Positions 25,204 to 32,000 of a DNA stretch of 32,000 bases are shown here, in pieces (within the stretch, counting starts at the first letter, position 1; every line of letters begins with the position of its first letter). The notes beneath the pieces were generated by a model. The model worked only from the letters and a program-made list of their open reading frames with translations, searched no databases and was not told where the DNA came from. Where the stretch lies: assembly GCF_001458695.1 (NCBI RefSeq), contig NZ_LN885086.1:1800001-1832000 (forward strand), written 5' to 3'. The position numbers and the translations under genes were made by a program. Source of the DNA: Candidatus Nitrospira inopinata. Its GTDB lineage: Bacteria; Nitrospirota; Nitrospiria; Nitrospirales; Nitrospiraceae.

Positions 25204-26723
25204 AGCTCGCCGTACTTCTTTTCCAGATAAGACAAAAAGGGTTCAGGGCTGATGGAAGAGCCGGTGACGCGGCGCGCCAGGTGATCCGGCGTGAACATCC
25301 GGCCCCAGCGGTGAATTTTTTGCTCCAGCCAGTGGCGGAGCGGGAGGAGCTGCCCCTGCGCGATGTCATCCTCCAGGCGCGGAATTTCGAGCTTGGCCTG
25401 CTCATAAAACTGAACGGCGTAAAGGTTTCCCAACGTATAGGTCGGGAAGTAGCCGAAGGAGCCCAGCGACCAATGGATGTCCTGTAAGACTCCTTCCGCA
25501 TCGGTTGAGGGAACGATGCCGAGGTACTGCTGCATCTTCTGGTTCCAAATGCCCGGCAGATCTTCGGGGCGGGTCTTGCCTTCAATGAGATCGCGCTCGA
25601 TCTCGAAGCGCACCATGATGTGGAGGTTGTAGGTCAGCTCATCCGCCTCGACTCGGATGAAGGAGGGGCGCACGCGATTGATCGCGGCATAGAAGCGATC
25701 GAGTTCCATGTCCTTGAGTTGGTCGGGGAACGTCTGTTGCAAAATCGGATAAAAGAACCGCCAAAAGGGACGAGACCGTCCCACGCAGTTTTCCCAGAGG
25801 CGCGATTGGCTTTCATGAATGCCGAGCGAGACCGAATCGCCGAGCGGCGTCCCGTAGTAGCGGGGATCGAGCCCCTGGTCGTAAAGCCCATGGCCTCCTT
25901 CGTGGATACAGCTAAACAGACAGGAGGGGAGGTCACGTTCATAGACACGAGTCGTGAGCCGGACATCGGAGGGGTGAAACGAGGTGGTAAAGGGATGGGC
26001 CGAGAGATCAAGCCGTCCCCGTTCGAAATCAAAGCCCATGGCCGTGAGGACCAATTTGCCGAACTCAAGCTGTCGCGTCTGGTCGTAAGACTGCCGCAAG
26101 AACCCGTCGTCGATGCGGATCGGGCTGTGCACGATGCGTTTCAACAGGGGAACCAGCCGTTCTTTTAATCGGGCGAACAGCGGCTGAAGCGTGGCAATGG
26201 TCGAGCCCGGCTCATAGACATCCAGGAGCGCGTCATAGGGAGAATCTTTATAGCCGAGATACCCCGCCTCTTCCCGTTTGAGGGAAAGAACCCGGCGGAG
26301 ATGAGGAAGAAATTGCGAGAACGTATTTTGCGCTCTCGCCTGGGCCCAGACCTGTTGGGCCAGCGAACATTCGCGGGCCAAGGTCACGACGAATTCGTGC
26401 GGCAGTTTCTTGGCTCGGCTAAAGTCCCGCCAGACCTCCCGCAAGAGTGAACGGGACGGTTCATCCCATGAATCGCCTGGCTGATCGAGAGCCTGGCCCG
26501 TTGACGGGTCGATCCATTGCATGAGCAGCCGTTCGACGTCCGGAGACACCAGCTTTTGATGGGCCAAGCCCTGAAGCGCCGCGATCTGTTCCGCCCGCGC
26601 CTGCCCTCCGCCGGCCGGCATGTAGGTTTCTTGATCCCACGAGAGCACGGACGCCGCGCTGTTGATGCGCTGAATGTCCAGCAATGTGGTCGTCAACGGT
26701 TCCAAAGTCGCCAATGTTTTCAC
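25191..26723 (-). CDS. M32 family metallocarboxypeptidase (Taq-type)
   Basis: All family motifs are present: HPF (SAHPFTTSF), DVRLTTR, HEGGHGLYDQG (HExxH), GIHESQSRLWEN, IRVEADELTYNLH, GVLQDIHWSLGSFGYFPTYTLGN. Start set to GTG 26723 (AGGAGG 6 nt upstream), giving about 510 aa, which is typical. The longer track ORF is rejected. Confidence 0.9.
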   Translation of the reverse strand: MKTLATLEPLTTTLLDIQRINSAASVLSWDQETYMPAGGGQARAEQIAALQGLAHQKLVSPDVERLLMQWIDPSTGQALDQPGDSWDEPSRSLLREVWRDFSRAKKLPHEFVVTLARECSLAQQVWAQARAQNTFSQFLPHLRRVLSLKREEAGYLGYKDSPYDALLDVYEPGSTIATLQPLFARLKERLVPLLKRIVHSPIRIDDGFLRQSYDQTRQLEFGKLVLTAMGFDFERGRLDLSAHPFTTSFHPSDVRLTTRVYERDLPSCLFSCIHEGGHGLYDQGLDPRYYGTPLGDSVSLGIHESQSRLWENCVGRSRPFWRFFYPILQQTFPDQLKDMELDRFYAAINRVRPSFIRVEADELTYNLHIMVRFEIERDLIEGKTRPEDLPGIWNQKMQQYLGIVPSTDAEGVLQDIHWSLGSFGYFPTYTLGNLYAVQFYEQAKLEIPRLEDDIAQGQLLPLRHWLEQKIHRWGRMFTPDHLARRVTGSSISPEPFLSYLEKKYGELYQL

Positions 26724-26833
26724 GGTCGGCCTCCTGTGAGATCCCGTTCCTTTCTGGAACGAAGCGGAATGAAGTAAGATGCCGCTCCAAGTGTACGGAA
26801 CCGCTACGACCTTTTTCAAACCGCCGAGGACGT

Positions 26834-27478
26834 ATGAAACCATTGATCGCTCCGGAAATCGAAGCCTATGCCCAGGCCCATTCACAACCGGAATCGCCCA
26901 TCCGTCGGGCATTGCGCGAGGAAACGGAACGGACAAGAGAGGACGCCGTCATGGTGGTCGGCCCTCTGGAGGGGGCCTTTCTCCAGATGGTGACGCTGAT
27001 GGCGGGAGCCAAGCGTGTCCTGGAAATCGGGACGTTCACCGGCTACAGCGCCCTCTGCTTCGCCGAAGCCGTGCCGGAAGATGGCACGGTCATCACCTGT
27101 GATGTCGATGAAGAAGCGGCGGCCGTGGCACGTCGCTATTTCGCCCGGTCGCCGGTCGGAAGAAAAATCGACATTCGGCTGGGGCCGGCCTTGGACACCA
27201 TGCGCGCACTCAGCGGGCCGTTTGATCTGATCTTTATCGATGCCGACAAGATTAACTATCCGAACTACTACCGGCGCGCCCTGGATCTGCTCGCGCCCCA
27301 TGGGGTGATCCTGATCGACAATGTCCTCTGGAGCGGCGAGGTCCTCAAACACCCGCCGCCGGACGAGCGGACCAAGGCCATTCAAGAGCTGAATCGAACC
27401 GTGGCCGGCGACCCGCGCGTGACGGCGGTGTTGGTCACGATCCGCGACGGCGTATTGGTGGTGAGACGAAAGACGTGA
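26834..27478 (+). CDS. Class I SAM-dependent O-methyltransferase (caffeoyl-CoA OMT-like, family 3)
   Basis: Start at ATG 26834 (GAGGA upstream). Motifs VLEIGTFTGYSALCFA, GTVITCDVD, FDLIFIDADKINYPNYY, GVILIDNVLWSGEV. Confidence 0.88.
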   Translation: MKPLIAPEIEAYAQAHSQPESPIRRALREETERTREDAVMVVGPLEGAFLQMVTLMAGAKRVLEIGTFTGYSALCFAEAVPEDGTVITCDVDEEAAAVARRYFARSPVGRKIDIRLGPALDTMRALSGPFDLIFIDADKINYPNYYRRALDLLAPHGVILIDNVLWSGEVLKHPPPDERTKAIQELNRTVAGDPRVTAVLVTIRDGVLVVRRKT

Positions 27479-27610
27479 CACGTGCCCGGTGACGGGCAAA
27501 TAGGGTTCGTGGTTTCCCCTTTCAAATCCAACCAGGAGAAGGTCAAGCTCCGCTGCTTTCTGCGGGGAAGGCGAGTTGACCAAGGTGCGGCGAGGGATAC
27601 ACGGTTTCTA

Positions 27611-29599
27611 TTATTTCGCGAACAGCACAATGCTGTTCGCTGGGATGACGATCGTCGCCGAGGTCGGCAGGCCATGGAGGGGGCGGCCGTCGGCAAGGAT
27701 GCCGCCGCCGTTTCCGGCCACCCACGGATTCACCCAGCCGTCGTAGACATCGCTGTTGAAGATCTCCCGCCAGTAGCCGGGGAGCGGAAATCCAAGATCG
27801 TAGGCCCAATAAGTCCGTTCGTTCAGGCTGGCCACGACCACGACGTCCTGGCCCTTGCCTGCCAGCCACCGATGGAACGCGAGCACGCGATTGCCGTTGT
27901 GCACATGGAAGACGTTCAGGTCCGTTCCGGTGAGGGCCGGAAGTTGGCGCCGAACGCCGAGCAGTTCGCGGGTGAAGCGCAGGAAATCCAGCATGACCTT
28001 GTCGGACTCCAGCCCTTCCCACCAAATCTGATAAGGGCTTCCCGGTTCATCGTGCCAGGGCTTGTCTTCGAGGATCTCCTGCCCCATGAACAGGTGCGGA
28101 ATGCCCACCGCCGTCAGCATGAGCCCCTGGGCCACCCGCGATCGGCTTCGGGCATACCAGGAACGGGTGTTGGTACGGTCGGCAAGACGGGGTATGCGGT
28201 CGTCGCGTCCCTTGTAGACGAGGTCATGATTTTCGATGCACTGGACCGCCCGCCAGGGATCGGCCAACAGCGGCGACGCCAGTTCCTTGGCGATTCGGTC
28301 CATATCGACGAAGGCGGCGGCACCGGCCGAGGCCTGCCCGATTGCGCTGCGGATGGCCTCCCGGAGCCCATCGGTCTGCAGGGCGTCGAACCCGGCGCCG
28401 CCTTGGCCGGTGGGGGTGACCACGGCTTGCTCCGGCGGCCAATGTTCGGCGATATGGATGGCTTCGGGCTTGAGGTATCGGCCGGTGTCCGTCACGTGCT
28501 GACAAAAACGCCAGCCATGCTCGCCGCCCTCCTGTTTGATCACGCTGACTTCATCGTAGCGGAAGCCGTCGGCATGACACTCTTGCAGATAGAACAGCGC
28601 GTTGTCGATCAGGAATTGCCTGACGTCCCGGTTCCAATAGGCGAAAACCAGACCCCCGGCCCACCCACGATCGGTGAAGTAGAGGCTGTCGTTCAAGTTT
28701 CCGTAAGGTTTCCGGTCGAAGAAGTAGAGGCAGCGGTCGCCGAAGTCGCCTCCCGCATGGTTGTAGACGACATCCAGGATCACCGCCAGCCCGTACACGT
28801 GACACAGATCCACCATCATCCGAAACTGGCTGGCGCCGCCGACGATGTCGGCCGGGTCGTAGGGCTTCAGTCTGGGATCCGCCTGATGCAGGAGGGTATT
28901 GACGCGTTCGAGGTACCGTGGCAGATGCGGGTCGTCCGCCGTGACGGCGTAATCGGTTTCCGGTGAGAAATAGTCCACTCCGTTGTAACCCAAGCTGAAC
29001 ATGGTGGGAAACTCGACGATGGGGAGGGGCTGGATGGCGTTGATCCCCAACGATTTCAGGTACGGCAGCCGATCGATGACGTCGAGGAAGGTGCCGTTGT
29101 TTCGTCCAACGGGGATGTACCAGGTTCCGATGTGCAATTGATAAATGACCAGCTCATGGAACAGCGGAGGCTTCCAGTGGGCATCGTGCCAGGGGAAGGC
29201 AGCCGGGTCGTACAGGAGACAGTGGCAGTTGGGCCACATCGGATCGTCGGTCAGGTCGCGAGCGAAGGGGTCACGTTTCGGCCCCTCGGTGCCACCGACC
29301 GGTCCCAGGACATGGAACAGGTAACGGTCGCCATGCTTGAGACCGGGGACGAAGCCGGCCCATCGTCCGTCCTCCATCTTCGTGAGCTGTCCGGTCCGGC
29401 GTGGTGTCCAGGTACCGTCCGGCGTCTTGGTGTAATCCCACAGCACGTGGACTTCGCGGGCTGCCGGGGCCCAGACACGGAATGTCGCCCCGACGCCTGA
29501 CGGGAGCAGGGTTCCGCCCATCGGCGTTCGGTCGGTGATGTGCTCCAATGAAAGCCGTTGGACCGTCAGAGGGGGCTCGGTTTCTGATCGACCGATCAT
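27611..29599 (-). CDS. GH13 alpha-amylase-family enzyme with an N-terminal E-set/CBM48-like domain (branching-enzyme/trehalohydrolase-like)
   Basis: GATFRVWAPAAREVHVL (N-domain). GH13 regions GINAIQPLPIVEFP, LAVILDVVYNHAG, ADGFRYDEVSVI (nucleophile Asp), IAEHWP (acid/base Glu), VQCIENHDLV. GGAGGA SD. Confidence 0.88.
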   Translation of the reverse strand: MIGRSETEPPLTVQRLSLEHITDRTPMGGTLLPSGVGATFRVWAPAAREVHVLWDYTKTPDGTWTPRRTGQLTKMEDGRWAGFVPGLKHGDRYLFHVLGPVGGTEGPKRDPFARDLTDDPMWPNCHCLLYDPAAFPWHDAHWKPPLFHELVIYQLHIGTWYIPVGRNNGTFLDVIDRLPYLKSLGINAIQPLPIVEFPTMFSLGYNGVDYFSPETDYAVTADDPHLPRYLERVNTLLHQADPRLKPYDPADIVGGASQFRMMVDLCHVYGLAVILDVVYNHAGGDFGDRCLYFFDRKPYGNLNDSLYFTDRGWAGGLVFAYWNRDVRQFLIDNALFYLQECHADGFRYDEVSVIKQEGGEHGWRFCQHVTDTGRYLKPEAIHIAEHWPPEQAVVTPTGQGGAGFDALQTDGLREAIRSAIGQASAGAAAFVDMDRIAKELASPLLADPWRAVQCIENHDLVYKGRDDRIPRLADRTNTRSWYARSRSRVAQGLMLTAVGIPHLFMGQEILEDKPWHDEPGSPYQIWWEGLESDKVMLDFLRFTRELLGVRRQLPALTGTDLNVFHVHNGNRVLAFHRWLAGKGQDVVVVASLNERTYWAYDLGFPLPGYWREIFNSDVYDGWVNPWVAGNGGGILADGRPLHGLPTSATIVIPANSIVLFAK

Positions 29600-29623
29600 G
29601 GTGTCCTCCGATCAAGCCGACTC

Positions 29624-30013
29624 TTACGAGGTCACGTCCGCTTCCCAGGAAATCCGAGCCGGACACCATTGCCAGATGCCGAGGGTGATGATCCTTGTGA
29701 GGCCGGCGGGGATGCAGGCGGTGCGGTTGATCGTCACCTGCCGGTTGATGAGTTTGCTCGGCTCCCCGCAGCGCCGCAGATAGTCGTCGGCCTTGATCTC
29801 ATGCAGGTCGGCGTGCGGGACGAAGAACGCCACGAGCGGCACGGGCAGCACGGCGATCGAGGAATCATCCACCCCTTCCGAGCCCGAGCAGTGGGCGTCG
29901 GTTTTCGGACGTTTGACGTCGTCGCGCACCAAATCCTTGACACAGCCGGTCAGCAGCAACAGCGCGATCGACAGGAAAGCCGTCCATCTTCCAAACACTA
30001 TTCGTTGAGGCAT
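29624..30013 (-). CDS. Cys-containing lipoprotein of unknown function, co-oriented 24 bp upstream of the GH13 gene
   Basis: Start at ATG 30013 (AGGAGGG upstream). MPQRIVFGRWTAFLSIALLLLTG-C lipobox. Four further Cys residues. Confidence 0.6.
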   Translation of the reverse strand: MPQRIVFGRWTAFLSIALLLLTGCVKDLVRDDVKRPKTDAHCSGSEGVDDSSIAVLPVPLVAFFVPHADLHEIKADDYLRRCGEPSKLINRQVTINRTACIPAGLTRIITLGIWQWCPARISWEADVTS

Positions 30014-30134
30014 AAGAAGCCCTCCTTGTTGAGGTCGTCTTGCTCTCCTTAGACGGAGATTCTTCGGGATGGTAAACGTCCTTGAGGGATAAGGTGCGTC
30101 AATATAGTCCTTGACGACGGCCGGAAACAAGGGT

Positions 30135-31043
30135 ATGTCCCTCGCCATGCCGCCGTCCACCACGCTGGCCTATGGATCGGTCGTGCTCGCCGCCGTGTTA
30201 TGGGGCGGGTCGATTGTCGCCCAAAAGATGGCGCTGGGGTCCTTTTCGCCGGTCGAAGCCTCGGTGTTTCGCGACGTCGGCGGCTTGGCGATTCTGCTGG
30301 TGACTTGGTGGGTTCAGGAACGGGGAACCTTGGCCATCGCTCGCTCGGACCTCTCTTTGTTGGGGCTGTTGGGGCTCGGCGTATTGGGCAATCACCTCTT
30401 GATCCTGATGGGGCTCAACTACGTGAGCGGAGCGGTGGGCGGCGTCATTATCGGATCAAGCCCGGTGGTGACCTCTTTGCTTTCGGCTCTGTTGATCCGG
30501 GACGTGCCGTTGCGCACCGTCTGGTTGGGGGCGGTGCTCTCGTTTGCCGGTGTCGGCCTGGTGTCCGTGGCGGGCTTTCAGGCGGCCGGAGAACAGCCTC
30601 TCTTGGGTGGAACCTTGGTGTTTCTGGGCGTCGTGAGTTGGGCGCTTTACAGTATTGGAAGCCGCGCCATTATGGACCGGCTGTCCGCCTTGACCGTCAA
30701 TTGGACGACCCTGCTTGTGGCGACGGTCTTGCAGATTCCGCTCCTGTGGACCGACCGAAAAGTGACGGACGCAGGTGTCTCGTCGGTGACGACCTCCGAT
30801 TGGCTGGCCCTTGCGTATCTGATCGTCTTTGCCACGGCCGTAGCCCAGCAGGCCTGGCTGTTCGGCGTGAAGGGGATCGGTCCCTCGCGGGCGTCGGTGC
30901 TGGGGAACCTCACGCCGGTCGCGGCGATCGGCTTATCGGCGCTGATTTTGAAAGAATCGGTCGGGCCGGTTGAAATGACCGGCATTGGCTTGATCCTGGC
31001 CGGCGTGTGGAGCGTGAACCGTCAAACGGCTAAACAGCCCTAG
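30135..31043 (+). CDS. DMT-superfamily transporter (two EamA domains)
   Basis: About 10 TM helices. Typical AAVLWGGSIVAQKMAL and AVAQQAWLFGVKGIGPSRASVLGNLTPV segments. The track start at 30111 is TTG; ATGs are at 30135 and 30147. Confidence 0.85.
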   Translation: MSLAMPPSTTLAYGSVVLAAVLWGGSIVAQKMALGSFSPVEASVFRDVGGLAILLVTWWVQERGTLAIARSDLSLLGLLGLGVLGNHLLILMGLNYVSGAVGGVIIGSSPVVTSLLSALLIRDVPLRTVWLGAVLSFAGVGLVSVAGFQAAGEQPLLGGTLVFLGVVSWALYSIGSRAIMDRLSALTVNWTTLLVATVLQIPLLWTDRKVTDAGVSSVTTSDWLALAYLIVFATAVAQQAWLFGVKGIGPSRASVLGNLTPVAAIGLSALILKESVGPVEMTGIGLILAGVWSVNRQTAKQP

Positions 31044-31219
31044 GCGCCCTTTCTTTAGTTGCCAGATGGAAAGTTCCCAGATAGAAGGCCGGCGAAGCGG
31101 GTGCCGCCGCGCTCCGGGAATCAAAAAAGAAGAGAGCGGACAGTCCGAGGGGAGATTCCATCGTCGGGTAGGTCGCACGCGGTCTCCTGTTCTTTTCATC
31201 TGCATGGAGGGCTGGTGCC

Positions 31220-31612
31220 ATGCTTCAACAACGGATCAAGGAAGTGACTGTCGTCAATCAAAAGTTTTACGAGGCGTTCGAAAGCCTCGATATCGCCCGG
31301 ATGGACGATGTCTGGGCCCATCAGGACTATGTGACCTGCATCCACCCCGGTTGGACGATTCGCTCCGGCTGGCCCGCCGTCCGCGACTCCTGGGTCCTGA
31401 TCTTCAACAACACCTTCTCCATGAAGTTCGAGCTCACCGACGTGATGGTGCAGGTGGCGGGGGACATCGCCTGGGTGATCTGCGTCGAAAACCTGACCAC
31501 TCAACAGTCCGACGAACCGCAGCAGGCCAGGGTGCTGGCGACGAACCTCTACGAACGAATCGGCGATAAATGGCTGATGATCCACCATCACGGCTCGCCG
31601 GTGATGGGGTAA
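31220..31612 (+). CDS. SnoaL-like / NTF2-fold protein
   Basis: 130 aa. VNQKFYEAFESLDIARMDDVWAHQDYVTCIHPGW…IAWVICVE…ATNLYERIGDKWLMIHHHGSP is the typical SnoaL_3/DUF4440 pattern. GGAGGG SD. Confidence 0.8.
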   Translation: MLQQRIKEVTVVNQKFYEAFESLDIARMDDVWAHQDYVTCIHPGWTIRSGWPAVRDSWVLIFNNTFSMKFELTDVMVQVAGDIAWVICVENLTTQQSDEPQQARVLATNLYERIGDKWLMIHHHGSPVMG

Positions 31613-31637
31613 GAGGAAAGAAGCAAGGCCACGCCTT

Positions 31638-31667
31638 GATGTGCAAGCAAGAGATGTGCAAGCAAGA
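31638..31667. repeat. Perfect tandem direct repeat, 15 bp x2 (gatgtgcaagcaaga)
   Basis: Read directly: 31638-31652 and 31653-31667 are identical. The repeat is intergenic, between the SnoaL-like gene and the acyltransferase gene. Confidence 0.9.
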
Positions 31668-31849
31668 AAGGGGACGGAACGGCGTGGATCGATCGCGATT
31701 TGCGCGCGGGTCAACCAATGGTCGGCGGAGGCCGATTGACAAGCGACGGAGGGCGCGCAACAATCGAAGCCCTTTTCAAGCCGATCAAGCCGAAGAGCCC
31801 GTTTCCCGGTGACGGGTTGGTCATTGTTCGGTTGCGGAGAGCTCAGTCC

Positions 31850-32000
31850 ATGGGGACTCAGCCCATGACAAGCGCCAGGGTATACGAAATCGACCTGCTC
31901 CGCTTCCTCGCCGCCCTGGCGATCGTGCTCTTTCACTACTCTTATAGAGGGCATGCGGCGGACGATTTGACGGTGATGTCGTATCCGGCGCTCGCTCCGG
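31850..32000 (+). CDS. Acyltransferase family 3 membrane protein; N-terminal fragment continuing past the right edge
   Basis: Hand translation from ATG 31850 (GGAGAG upstream): MGTQPMTSARVYEIDLLRFLAALAIVLFHYSYRGH…. This is the characteristic first TM segment of Acyl_transf_3 proteins. No stop before base 32000. Confidence 0.5.
   Translation, partial: MGTQPMTSARVYEIDLLRFLAALAIVLFHYSYRGHAADDLTVMSYPALAP

Noticed and set aside
26724-26936. 5' extension of the M32 carboxypeptidase ORF (581-aa version)
   Set aside because: GTG 26723 has a consensus AGGAGG 6 nt upstream and yields the family-typical length of about 510 aa. The extension has no similarity to M32 N-termini.
27482-28966. 494-aa plus-strand ORF
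   Set aside because: It is antisense to the GH13 gene, which carries all four catalytic-region motifs. The composition is shadow-frame-like (Arg/Gly/Pro-rich).

Overview
GC-rich (roughly 60% by eye) bacterial chromosomal window. The gene content resembles Nitrospirota-type genomes, but that is a low-confidence guess. All calls come from reading the sequence and ORF track and recognising motifs; no database search was run. Nearly every gene from base 1 to about 24.5 kb is on the minus strand, and most belong to an iron/metal-acquisition region.

(i) 1-7590: a Fur-box-fronted block of tonB paralogue, secreted four-lobed CbiX/chelatase-fold protein, 77-aa protein, PEP-CTERM protein and TonB-dependent receptor. 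It ends with an atypical OmpR-like regulator that is missing from the ORF track because it runs off the left edge.

(ii) 7660-14243: AraC regulator, HlyD adaptor, ABC ATPase, two FtsX/MacB-type permeases, a cupredoxin-like lipoprotein and a second PEP-CTERM-like protein.

(iii) 14830-18199: a second TonB-dependent receptor translationally coupled to a Mu-Com-like zinc-ribbon ORF, then a hairpin and an HD-GYP phosphodiesterase.

(iv) 18335-24454: exbB-exbD-tonB, an Fe(III)-type ABC importer (binding protein, fused permease, ATPase) and fur.

The right third is mixed housekeeping: a DUF4065/Panacea-like orphan ORF, M32 carboxypeptidase, O-methyltransferase, GH13 enzyme with an upstream lipoprotein, DMT transporter, SnoaL-like protein and a partial acyltransferase.

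Four AT-rich Fur-box-like sites (12-14/19 matches to GATAATGATAATCATTATC) sit in front of the iron units. No rRNA, tRNA, CRISPR array, transposase or integrase was recognised.

Most interesting:
- the TonB/periplasmic-chelatase-fold/PEP-CTERM/receptor operon
- the receptor/Com-like/hairpin/HD-GYP arrangement
- a 24-nt motif repeated at the same distance upstream of two genes
- a 586-bp unannotated gap with coding-like composition that is out of frame with the AraC gene
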